Below are positions 18,127 to 26,543 of a stretch of DNA of 64,000 bases, piece after piece. The notes under the pieces are model-generated. The model ran no database searches, was not told the origin of the DNA, and saw nothing but the letters and a program-made list of their open reading frames with translations. The position numbers were made by a program, and so were the translations under genes. The stretch is from Nitriliruptoraceae bacterium. GTDB taxonomy: Bacteria; Actinomycetota; Nitriliruptoria; Nitriliruptorales; Nitriliruptoraceae. Every line of letters starts with the position of its first letter. Position 1 is the stretch's first letter. Location of the stretch: NCBI GenBank assembly GCA_007122985.1, contig SKSM01000067.1:1784-65783 (forward strand), read 5' to 3'.

Positions 18127-21100
18127 ATGGCCGACACCACCCGCGCCGACGAGCCCGAGATCGTCACCGACCTGCCGGAGCCGCGCCCGGAGATGCACGT
18201 CGTCTCCGATGGCGAACGCGCCGGTCTGGTCCTGCAGCGCTACTTCACCCGCGAGGACACCCACCCCTACGACGAGCTCGAGTGGGAGTTGCGCGACGCG
18301 GTGCTGACCAACTGGCGTGACGGGACCACCTCGTTCGAGCAGCGCGGGGTCGAGTTCCCGACGTCGTGGTCGATGATGGCTACACAGATCGTGTCGCAGA
18401 AGTACTTCCGCGGGACGCTCGGCACACCGGAGCGCGAGAGCTCGGTCAAGCACATGATCGACCGGGTGGCCGACACCATCACCGCGTGGGGGCTCGACGG
18501 CGGCTACTTCGCCGACGAGCGCTCCGCGCAGGTGTTCAACCACGAGCTAAAGCACCTGCTCGTCCACCAGAAGGCGGCGTTCAACTCGCCGGTGTGGTTC
18601 AACGTCGGGGTCGAGGAGCAGCCGCAGTGCTCGGCATGCTTCATCCTCTCGGTCGAGGACACGATGTCCTCGATCCTCAACTGGTATGTCGAGGAAGGCC
18701 AGATCTTCAAGGGCGGCTCCGGCGCGGGGATCAACCTGTCCTCGATCCGTTCGTCGAAGGAGACGCTCAAGGGTGGCGGCGAGGCCTCCGGACCGGTCAG
18801 CTTCATGCGCGGTGCGGACGCATCGGCAGGGACCATCAAGTCGGGCGGCAAGACACGTCGTGCGGCCAAGATGGTGATCCTCAACGTCGATCACCCGGAC
18901 GTCGAGGAGTTCGTCTGGACCAAGGCCCGTGAGGAGCGCAAGGTCCGGGCCCTGCGCGAGGCCGGGTTCGACATGGATCTCGACGGTGAGGACTACGCCT
19001 CGATCCAGTACCAGAACGCCAACAACTCGGTGCGCGTCACCGACGAGTTCATGCGCGCCTACGAGCAGGGCACCTCCTTCCCCGTGCGTGCGGTCACCAC
19101 CGGCGAGGTGATCGAGGAGAAGGACGCGCGTGAGGTCATGCGCCAGATCTCCGAGGCCGCCTGGGAGTGCGCAGACCCCGGCCTGCAGTACGACACGACG
19201 ATCAACGACTGGCACACCTCGCCGGAGTCGGGCCGTATCAACGGCTCCAACCCGTGCTTCCCGGCCGACGCGTTGGTGCACACCGACAAGGGGTTGATCC
19301 GCTTCGACCAGCTGATCGACCGGGTGAACCACGGTGAGGCCTTCGGTGTCTACACCCACGACGCCACGAACCTCGATGAACCGTCCGAGCGTGTCGAGGT
19401 GACGACGCCGGAGGCATTCATGCTGACCGGCACCAACGAGATCGTGCGTTTGACGTTCTCCAACGGGATGCAGCTTCGATGCACGCCCGGTCACCGCATC
19501 TGGACCGCAAACCGCGGGTATGTCGAGGCCAAGGACCTGGCCGAAGACGACCAGGTCAAGATCCTCAACCTGCCCGCCCCCGCGGTCCACGCGCAGTGGT
19601 CGTTGCCGGTCACCAGCGACGTCGAGCACTACCACCAGAAGGGCGACCACGCGGCGGTGATCCGGTTGCCGGAGAAGTGGACCGACGACTTCGCTCACTA
19701 CCTCGGCTGGCTGGTCGGTGACGGCAGCATCTCCGGTGACGTGGTGTCAGCGATCTACGGCACCGCGGAGGAGCAGGAGCACGTCCTGCCGCGCCACCGG
19801 CAGCTGGTCACCGACATCAACGACGGGCGGGCCCCGACACCGTCCCAGCAGGCCAACGGCACGGTCCAGCTGCGGCAGAGCCGGCGAGCGGTCCGCAGCT
19901 TCCTCGAAGCGCTCGGTATGAGTGACGCGAACGCCGCCGACAAGCGGCTGCCGTGGAGCATCCGTGAAGCACCACCGGAAGCGCTCGGCTCGTTCCTGCA
20001 GGGTCTGTTCGACGCCGACGGCTGCGTGTCGGATTCCGACAAGGGGCGCTACGTCGGCCTGGGGTCCCGCTCGCTCGAGCTGCTCCGCGACGTGCAGGTC
20101 GTGCTGACCACGTTCGGGATCCACTCGCGCATCTACACCATCGAGCACGGCACGACCTCTGCCTTCGCCTACACGCGCAAGGACGGCTCCGAAGCGTCGT
20201 ATGAGGGAGCTTCCACGGGCTACGACCTGCGCATCTCCGGCCGGTCTGTGGAGGCGTTCGCGAGCTCCATCGGCTTCTCGCTGCCATCCAAGGCCGACGC
20301 CCTGGCGGGGGCGCTGGCGGAGCACGTTCGCTACCGCACCGACGAGACGGTTCGGCTTGTGGAGCGCACCTCGGAGGGGTTCGAGCAGACCTACAACCTC
20401 TCCGAGCCTCGCAACCACAGCTACGTCGTGGGCGGCACGGTCGTACGCAACTGCTCGGAGTACATGCACCTCGACAACTCAGCTTGCAACCTCGCCAGCC
20501 TGAATCTCAAGAAGTTCTACGACTACGACGCCGGCCGGTTCGACGTCGATGCGTACAAGCGGGCGGTGGAGATCGTCTTCACCGCGCAGGAGATCATCGT
20601 CGGCTACTCGAGCTACCCCACCGACAAGATCCGCGAGAACGCCTTGGCGTTCCGTGAGCTCGGGCTCGGCTACGCGAACCTCGGCGGGCTGCTGATGAGC
20701 CTGGGGCTGCCCTACGACTCCGACGAGGGTCGCGCATGGGCCGGCGCCCTGACCGCGCTGATGACCGGCCACGCCTATCGCACCTCCGCGGAGCTTGCCA
20801 GGGTCAAGGGCCCGCACACCGGCTATGCGAAGAACGAGCAGCCGATGCTGCGCGTGATCGCTAAGCACCGCGACGCGGTCGACGACGTCGATCCGCGGCC
20901 GGTACCGCGTGAGGTGATGGACGCCACCCGGACGGCCTGGGACGAGGCGCTCGCGCTCGGCCGGGAGCACGGCTACCGCAACGCGCAGGCCACGGTGCTC
21001 GCTCCCACCGGCACCATCGGGCTGATGATGGACTGCGACACCACCGGCATCGAGCCCGACCTCGGGCTGATCAAGACCAAGAAGCTGGTCGGTGGCGGCT

Positions 21101-22140
21101 CGATCACCATCGTCAACCACACCGTGCCGCAGGCGCTGGCCCACCTCGGCTACACCGACGAGCAGGTCGAGGCGATCGTCGCCTACATCGACGAGCACAA
21201 GACCATCCACGGTGCGCCGGCGCTCAAGGCCGAGCACACCAAGGTCTTCCAGTGCGCGATGGGCGACGACGCGATCCACTACTACGGTCACGTGAAGATG
21301 ATGGCGGCCGCCCAGCCGTTCATCTCCGGGGCGATCTCCAAGACCGTCAACCTCCCCGAGGAGGCAACGGTCGAGGACATCGAGCAGCTCCACCTCGATG
21401 CCTGGAAGCTCGGCATCAAGGCGATCGCCATCTACCGCGACAACTGCAAGACCGCCCAGCCGCTGAGCGTCGCCAAGCGGGCAGGCAAGGCCGCCGAGGT
21501 GGCGGACGCGCCGGAGGCGGCCCACGTACCGGTGCGGCGCAAGCTGCCGAAGACCCGTCCGTCGCAGACGATCAGCTTCCGGGTCGGTGAGGCCAAGGGC
21601 TACATCACCGCTGGTGAGTACCCGGGCGACGGCGTCGGCGAGCTGTTCGTCAAGCTCGGCAAGCAGGGATCGACGCTGTCTGGGCTGCTGGACGCGTTCG
21701 CGATCTCGATGTCGATCGGGCTGCAGTACGGCGTGCCGCTGGAGGCCTACGTCTCGAAGTTCATGAACATGCGCTTCGAGCCGGCCGGCCTGACCGACGA
21801 TCCCGAGATCCGGTTCGCGACGTCGCTGGTGGACTTCATGGCGCGCAAGATGGCGCTGGAGTACCTGCCCTACGACAAGCGTGCGGAGCTTGGCATCTTC
21901 TCGCTCGCCGAGCGGACCCAGATGGTCGAGGAGGAGCACGCCTCCGAGCCGGAGGTCCCGAGCGGCCCGAGCGCGGAGGAGGTCACCGCCGCCGGTCCCG
22001 TCGCAGACGACACGTTTGCAGCAGGCGGGGTGCGGATCGACAACGACGCGCCGATGTGCTTCGACTGCGGTATCAAGATGAAGCGCGCCGGCGCTTGCCA
22101 CGTCTGTGAGAGCTGCGGCACCACGAGCGGGTGCTCGTAA
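18127..22140 (+). CDS. nrdJ: class II (adenosylcobalamin-dependent) ribonucleotide reductase NrdJ, interrupted by an intein
   Basis: MADTTRADEP start at ATG 18127. NrdJ-type motifs throughout; the active-site loop SNP|C-SEY is split by the intein. Cys-rich C-terminal tail CFDCG...CHVCESCG. Confidence 0.95.
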   Translation: MADTTRADEPEIVTDLPEPRPEMHVVSDGERAGLVLQRYFTREDTHPYDELEWELRDAVLTNWRDGTTSFEQRGVEFPTSWSMMATQIVSQKYFRGTLGTPERESSVKHMIDRVADTITAWGLDGGYFADERSAQVFNHELKHLLVHQKAAFNSPVWFNVGVEEQPQCSACFILSVEDTMSSILNWYVEEGQIFKGGSGAGINLSSIRSSKETLKGGGEASGPVSFMRGADASAGTIKSGGKTRRAAKMVILNVDHPDVEEFVWTKAREERKVRALREAGFDMDLDGEDYASIQYQNANNSVRVTDEFMRAYEQGTSFPVRAVTTGEVIEEKDAREVMRQISEAAWECADPGLQYDTTINDWHTSPESGRINGSNPCFPADALVHTDKGLIRFDQLIDRVNHGEAFGVYTHDATNLDEPSERVEVTTPEAFMLTGTNEIVRLTFSNGMQLRCTPGHRIWTANRGYVEAKDLAEDDQVKILNLPAPAVHAQWSLPVTSDVEHYHQKGDHAAVIRLPEKWTDDFAHYLGWLVGDGSISGDVVSAIYGTAEEQEHVLPRHRQLVTDINDGRAPTPSQQANGTVQLRQSRRAVRSFLEALGMSDANAADKRLPWSIREAPPEALGSFLQGLFDADGCVSDSDKGRYVGLGSRSLELLRDVQVVLTTFGIHSRIYTIEHGTTSAFAYTRKDGSEASYEGASTGYDLRISGRSVEAFASSIGFSLPSKADALAGALAEHVRYRTDETVRLVERTSEGFEQTYNLSEPRNHSYVVGGTVVRNCSEYMHLDNSACNLASLNLKKFYDYDAGRFDVDAYKRAVEIVFTAQEIIVGYSSYPTDKIRENALAFRELGLGYANLGGLLMSLGLPYDSDEGRAWAGALTALMTGHAYRTSAELARVKGPHTGYAKNEQPMLRVIAKHRDAVDDVDPRPVPREVMDATRTAWDEALALGREHGYRNAQATVLAPTGTIGLMMDCDTTGIEPDLGLIKTKKLVGGGSITIVNHTVPQALAHLGYTDEQVEAIVAYIDEHKTIHGAPALKAEHTKVFQCAMGDDAIHYYGHVKMMAAAQPFISGAISKTVNLPEEATVEDIEQLHLDAWKLGIKAIAIYRDNCKTAQPLSVAKRAGKAAEVADAPEAAHVPVRRKLPKTRPSQTISFRVGEAKGYITAGEYPGDGVGELFVKLGKQGSTLSGLLDAFAISMSIGLQYGVPLEAYVSKFMNMRFEPAGLTDDPEIRFATSLVDFMARKMALEYLPYDKRAELGIFSLAERTQMVEEEHASEPEVPSGPSAEEVTAAGPVADDTFAAGGVRIDNDAPMCFDCGIKMKRAGACHVCESCGTTSGCS
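19255..20451 (+). mobile_element. intein (399 aa) with LAGLIDADG homing-endonuclease domain inside nrdJ
   Basis: Begins CFPADALVHTD (Cys1). Block B is TPGH (TxxH). LAGLIDADG motifs are LGWLVGDGSIS and FLQGLFDADGCVS. Ends GGTVVRN, followed by +1 Cys (CSEYMHLDNSACNLASLNL). In frame with both exteins. Confidence 0.9.
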
Positions 22141-22196
22141 TGCGGATGGCCACGCTGAAACCCGGGGTTCTGGCCACGTCGTTTCAGTGGTTGGTC

Positions 22197-22281
22197 GTCG
22201 ACTGAGAAGGGTCCGCGGCGACGCGGACGCACCATCACGGAGGGGCCCTGCCGGGCCCCTCCGCCCGTTCGGGAGGGTGAC
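22197..22281 (+). repeat. 85-nt repeat copy 1 (sense with nrdJ, 57 nt past its stop)
   Basis: GTCGACTGAGAAGGGTCCGCGGCGACGCGGACGCACCATCACGGAGGGGCCCTGCCGGGCCCCTCCGCCCGTTCGGGAGGGTGAC. About 76 of 85 aligned positions are identical to the reverse complement of 23431-23514 (hand alignment). Confidence 0.85.
22239..22262 (+). terminator. GC-rich hairpin GGAGGGGCCC-TGCC-GGGCCCCTCC (possible I-shaped terminator of nrdJ)
   Basis: Perfect 10-bp stem with a 4-nt loop and no U-tract. The 3' arm can alternatively pair with the downstream GGGAGGG. Confidence 0.4.
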
Positions 22282-22477
22282 GGTTTGGGCGCTGCCGGGC
22301 TGCGCCGTAACACCATCAGCGAGTTGGAAGCCGGTCGCTCGTCTTCGGACTGGCCGACGATCGTCCGCCCCGAGCCGCCACCTGTCCGCTGAACCTCGAG
22401 CGGCATGGACTTCCCTCGCGGAGCAGTACGGAGCGGAGCGGGCGAGCCGTTCGCTGTCGGCTGCCGTCCAGCCGTCA

Positions 22478-22849
22478 TCAGAGCCGTAGCGCCGGGGGCA
22501 GCACCTCGGGGAAGAGCTTCGGCAGAGCGAAGACCCACAGCAGGCTGATCGGGTGGAAGTCGACCACGATGCCGAGCAGCGGTACCGAGGCTGCGGCCAG
22601 GAGGATCGCCAGCAGCCACTGCAACGGCAGGGGCAGCCGCGTCGTGCCGGGTGGCAGGTGGAGCCGACCGACCATGCCGACACCGGCGATGATCGGGAGC
22701 AGCGTGAAGTAGGGGCGGGCGGCGAGCGGCCAGGCGTCACCGATGGCGATGGTGGTGCCGACGGCGGCCATGGCGAGCGTCGTCGCGATGATGCCGGCCG
22801 CAGGTCCACGCCGTGGTGGCGGCCAACGGTCCAGATCGCTGTCGGACAT
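22478..22849 (-). CDS. small hypothetical membrane protein (about 3 TM helices)
   Basis: ATG 22849. MSDSDLDRWPPPRRGPAAGIIATTLAMAAVG... is hydrophobic with a plausible TM pattern. No family recognised. The upstream part of ORF 22478-23317 is rejected. Confidence 0.4.
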   Translation of the reverse strand: MSDSDLDRWPPPRRGPAAGIIATTLAMAAVGTTIAIGDAWPLAARPYFTLLPIIAGVGMVGRLHLPPGTTRLPLPLQWLLAILLAAASVPLLGIVVDFHPISLLWVFALPKLFPEVLPPALRL

Positions 22850-23091
22850 ACAGCTGTTCCCCCTGTGGCGCACATCGTCCCGCTGATGGTCCGGGTCCGA
22901 TCCGTCTCCGCCATCAGCATCCCCGCCAGCGTAAGGCTGGGGGCGATGCCAAACCAGCGCGGCCAGGCTTCCCAGACCCGAGCCTGCACTGGCCCGAGTC
23001 CAAGTGGAACCTTTCGACGTCTTGCAAGACTGCACAGAACGGGGGTCACGTCCGTCAAGGTGGTGTATGGGGGGTGCGCCATCCGGCCGCG

Positions 23092-23262
23092 TCAGGCGGC
23101 GTCGGGTAGGGCGTGTGGGTCCTCCTGGTCGTCGGGTTGGGGGTCCCGGGTGCGTGCTGTGGCAGGAGATTCTTGGGACATGTAGCGATGGGCGACCTGC
23201 CATTCGTCGTGCTGTTCGGCGAGCACCGCACCTACCGGCCGGCACCGCCCCGCGCCAGCGCT
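23092..23262 (-). pseudogene. C-terminal remnant of an IS256/Mutator-family transposase
   Basis: Minus-frame peptide ...[31 protein letters not shown]...*. The GAVLxExHDEWQ..RY stretch is what I recall from IS256-family transposase C-termini. The frame is closed upstream by TAG (23265-23263) and no N-terminal part is present. Confidence 0.5.
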
Positions 23263-23430
23263 CTACCCAACCAACCTCCGGCAGGCCGGGCTGACGGCAG
23301 ATCGGACATGCCAGCATCGTTCAAACGCACTATGACCGCTTTCGTGAGGTGCGGAACGTCCTCGCGGCGGTCGATGCCGATCGAGATCCGGTCCCGATGA
23401 GAACGACGTCCTTCGACCGACCCATCTCTA

Positions 23431-23514
23431 GTCACCCTCCCAGACGGGCGGAGGGGCCCCGCAGGGTCCCTCCGTGGTGTTGCGTCAGCCTCGCCGCGGA
23501 CCCTTTCAGTCGAC
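23431..23514 (-). repeat. 85-nt repeat copy 2 (sense with the ribokinase gene, starts at its last two codons plus stop)
   Basis: Reverse complement reads GTCGACTGAAAGGGTCCGCGGCGAGGCTGACGCAACACCACGGAGGGACCCTGCGGGGCCCCTCCGCCCGTCTGGGAGGGTGAC. Confidence 0.85.
23450..23473 (-). terminator. GC-rich hairpin in repeat copy 2 (possible terminator of the EthD-ribokinase operon)
   Basis: Same stem as 22239-22262 with one A/C mismatch. The remaining differences between the hairpin regions of the two copies fall in the loops. Confidence 0.4.
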
Positions 23515-24435
23515 CCCGTGCATGTCCATAGGCAGGTCAGCTGCTTCTGGAAAACTCGTCTGTGTACCCCGGTACGCCACGCTGAAGGAAGCCACCTTCG
23601 AGGCTCGAGCGGCTGCCTGGCGAGTCGTAGCACCGCGGCCGAGGTAGTGCGCCAGACTGCCAACGAAGGCGTCGCCGGCCCCGGTCGTGTCGACCACCTC
23701 GACCTCGTCGCTCGGAAACGTCGTCGCGCCTTCATCGTCCACGACAAGGCAGCCGCGCTCACCGAGTGTCAGCACGACGGCCCCCGCGCCATATCTCCGC
23801 AGGACCTCAGCCTGCTGGATGGCCTGGTCGGGCGTGTGCAGTGTGCCGCCGGTCAGCAGCTCCGTCTCTGGCTCGTTTGGGCAGAAGATGTCTGCCAGGG
23901 TGTAGGCCTCGGCCGGGAGATCCGTGCGAGCCGGCGCGGGGTTGAGGATCGTCTGGACGCCTTCCTCGCGTGCTATCCGCAGTGCAGCGAGGGTGACGTC
24001 GATCGGGATCTCGAGCTGACACACGACAACGTTGGCTGCTGCGATCGCCGGGCGAGCTGCTTCGACGTCCTCGATACCGAGGTGGTCGTTCGCACCCGCG
24101 ACGATGATGATCGCGTTACGGCCCTCTTCGTCGACAGCGATGGGTGCGACGCCCGAGAACGCAGCACTGGTTTGATGGACATGAGTGGTGTCCACACCCT
24201 GTTCACGGAAGTTCTCCACCGTGCCATCGCCGAAGACGTCGGTCCCGAGCTTGACGACCATGGTGACCGACGAGCCGAGTTTGGCAGCCATCACTGCCTG
24301 GTTCGCTCCCTTACCGCCGTAGCCCATCCGAAACGATGAACCGTGCAGGGTCTCGCCCGGGACCGGCAGTCGCGGGACGTAGCTGATGAGGTCGAGCATC
24401 GATGCTCCGACCACGACGATGGAGCCGGCGTTCAT
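23506..24435 (-). CDS. rbsK: ribokinase (PfkB family sugar kinase)
   Basis: VVVGASMLDL...GGKGANQAVMAAKLG, NEPETELLTG and DTTGAGDAFVGSLA motifs. ATGA overlap with the upstream EthD gene. Confidence 0.85.
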   Translation of the reverse strand: MNAGSIVVVGASMLDLISYVPRLPVPGETLHGSSFRMGYGGKGANQAVMAAKLGSSVTMVVKLGTDVFGDGTVENFREQGVDTTHVHQTSAAFSGVAPIAVDEEGRNAIIIVAGANDHLGIEDVEAARPAIAAANVVVCQLEIPIDVTLAALRIAREEGVQTILNPAPARTDLPAEAYTLADIFCPNEPETELLTGGTLHTPDQAIQQAEVLRRYGAGAVVLTLGERGCLVVDDEGATTFPSDEVEVVDTTGAGDAFVGSLAHYLGRGATTRQAAARASKVASFSVAYRGTQTSFPEAADLPMDMHGVD

Positions 24436-24779
24436 ACTCCTGCTTCCTGGTCAAGCACGATCGCCTCACGTGTGTAGATGTGCGTGAGCGTCCTTGTGAA
24501 CGCGGCAACATCGGCGGCGGCGGCTTCACCGGCCTCTGAGGCAAAATCCTCCTGCATCTCCTCCAAGCTGTCCCACCAGAGTTCCGCGGTGCCGTCGTAC
24601 GGGAGCTCACCCTCGATCTCCTGGTACTCGTCGATCGCGATGTTGATCCGGTATCCCTTGAGGTGTGTGAACTGGAGGGTGAGCGGGGCGTGCTCGTCGA
24701 GCCATCGTCGCTCGAACGCTTCACGGCTCATGCCGGGAGCGGCCTTGAGCATGGCGATCAACTTCACCTGCCGTGACAT
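24432..24779 (-). CDS. EthD-domain protein (dimeric alpha/beta-barrel family)
   Basis: 115 aa. KLIAMLKAAPGMSREAFERRWLDEHAPL N-terminus typical of EthD-like proteins. GAGGAG SD upstream. Confidence 0.7.
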   Translation of the reverse strand: MSRQVKLIAMLKAAPGMSREAFERRWLDEHAPLTLQFTHLKGYRINIAIDEYQEIEGELPYDGTAELWWDSLEEMQEDFASEAGEAAAADVAAFTRTLTHIYTREAIVLDQEAGV

Positions 24780-25550
24780 TTCGTTCTCCTCTGAATCTTC
24801 GCGTCCACGAGGTCTGGGAGGTACGGGTCCTGGTGCCGTACCGGCGCACCGACGTGTCCGGCTTCTACCGTCACCTCGCCTGGGGGCGCGCCGGCCGTCA
24901 GGGGCCCCCAGGCACCTCCGGCATCCGTTCTGAAGGACGAGGCCCCGGTTGGCAGGCGTCCAGACGGTTCAGCCTCGCGCCGCACCGCAGGGGCGGGCGG
25001 CGGCGTCCCCATCGCGCGGATCGGAGAGGGATGAGGCGCTGAAGACGGTCGACCTCTGCTGCCTGCGCCGCGGCGTGACTGGAAACCTTGTACGACCGTG
25101 TCCGTGAGCCAGTAGTCACCTGGCGAGTCCGCCGCTGACGTCCGCCCGATCGACGAGACCACCATGCAGGGGGCTTGGATGGTGTTGAAGATGGGGATGG
25201 CGAACATGCAACCAAGTTACACCATGCCCGAGCTGCGGTGATGATCGTCACAACATGCTCCTCGGACACGCTGTGGCGGCTGTGTTGGCGAGGGTGTTAC
25301 CAAGTCCGGGGCCGCCGGCGCTGAGCGGGCCGGTCTCCGCTCCTCCTCACAGACTGCGTGGCAAGGCGCCGTGACGGCACCTTGGGCTCGCAGCTCTGAG
25401 CCCGAGTGCGTCGTTCTACGGCAATACCCCCACGACTCAACCGACGGACGACATGGACTGGGTGCGCGTCCACGATGGGGGGCGCAATCGGCTGGGGCAG
25501 TCGGCCCGGGCGACTCCCACCCGCCGCTCACTCCCGGAGCGAGGGAGACC

Positions 25551-25596
25551 TTGACGGTGGGACAGCAGCGGGCCATACTGATGTAACACTGTTACA
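25551..25596 (+). promoter_or_regulatory. sigma70-type promoter (TTGACG-17 nt-CATACT) overlapped by 15-bp palindromic operator TGTAACACTGTTACA
   Basis: -35 at 25551-25556, -10 at 25574-25579, palindrome at 25582-25596. Lies 45 nt upstream of the first gene of the island operon. Confidence 0.5.
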
Positions 25597-25640
25597 CGGT
25601 CCGTGCTCCAACTGCTGCTCTGGTATGGGAAGGACAGTCG

Positions 25641-26543
25641 ATGCGGGTCGCCGGTCACACGATGGGTACACCTGACATGGATCTGGCCGATGCGTTCAGG
25701 CTGTTCCGGCGTGCCGGTCTCGATGCAGCTGAGGTCGTGTGGCAGGACGGCTACCGAGCTGGAATCCCGGCCTCCGGGGGGAGCACCGATGTCGAAGAGG
25801 CGGCCCGTCTTCAAGACGAGCTCGGCGTGAAGATCATCTGCCTGACCCCATACATGAGTGAAATCAACAGTCTGAATGATCGCGAGCGGGAGGCCGGGAT
25901 AGCGGCGTTCCAGAAGTGCATCCGTGATGCCGAACGTTTGTCTTGTGGACGCATTCGCGTATATGCCGGCAGTTTCCTGGCAGGGGAAGAGGAGGTCTAC
26001 GACACCAAGTGGCAGCGGCTCATCGAATCGCTCCGCTTCCTCGGCCCTATCGCAGACGCTGCCGGGGTCACCCTGTGCGTCGAGAACCACTTCAACACGA
26101 TGGCGGCGACTGCTCAACAGACGGCCGCGTTGCTAGAGGACGTTGCCACGAAAGGGGTGGGCGTCCTCTATGACCAGGCCAACCTGGATTTTGCCCATCA
26201 GGAACCCTACGAGGTGGCTTTGCCGCTGCTCCTGCCGTGGATCGAACACGTGCAGGTCAAGGACTTCGTATTCACCGATCCCGATGCGCCGTTCGAGGCA
26301 GCCGCCGTAGAAACGGTCGATTCCAGCAAGCGTGCGGTTCAGTCCCGACCGGTCGGAGACGGTGTCATGGATTGGAAGGCCATCCTTGGCAAGCTTCATG
26401 CGGCGGGATACGACGGGTATCTGTCGCTGGAATACGAGTACAGATGGCATCCCCAGGACCTGCCACCACCGGACGTCGGATTCCCACGGAGCGCATCGGT
26501 CGTGCGGTCCCTGCTTGCTGAGCTAGAAGGGAATACGCCGTGA
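25641..26543 (+). CDS. sugar phosphate isomerase/epimerase (xylose isomerase-like TIM barrel)
   Basis: 300 aa. CVENHFNT and YDGYLSLEYEY metal-site contexts typical of the AP_endonuc_2 / IolE / dehydroshikimate-dehydratase superfamily. Confidence 0.8.
   Translation: MRVAGHTMGTPDMDLADAFRLFRRAGLDAAEVVWQDGYRAGIPASGGSTDVEEAARLQDELGVKIICLTPYMSEINSLNDREREAGIAAFQKCIRDAERLSCGRIRVYAGSFLAGEEEVYDTKWQRLIESLRFLGPIADAAGVTLCVENHFNTMAATAQQTAALLEDVATKGVGVLYDQANLDFAHQEPYEVALPLLLPWIEHVQVKDFVFTDPDAPFEAAAVETVDSSKRAVQSRPVGDGVMDWKAILGKLHAAGYDGYLSLEYEYRWHPQDLPPPDVGFPRSASVVRSLLAELEGNTP

Noticed and set aside
22150-22190. Imperfect hairpin (CCACGCTGAAAC...GTTTCAGTGG) right after the nrdJ stop as the terminator
   Set aside because: The stem is interrupted by a bulge, the loop is long (~19 nt) and there is no U-tract. 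The stronger hairpin inside the 85-nt repeat is a better terminator candidate.
20479-23082. 867-aa minus-strand ORF opposite nrdJ and its downstream region
   Set aside because: Shadow ORF. nrdJ on the plus strand is unambiguous, and the antisense translation is low complexity without domains.
24764-25207. 147-aa minus-strand ORF in the 860-bp gap (MFAIPIFNTIQAPCMVV...)
   Set aside because: It overlaps the EthD start, turns into Pro/Gly/Arg-rich low complexity after ~45 residues, and has no recognisable domain. At most it is a decayed remnant.
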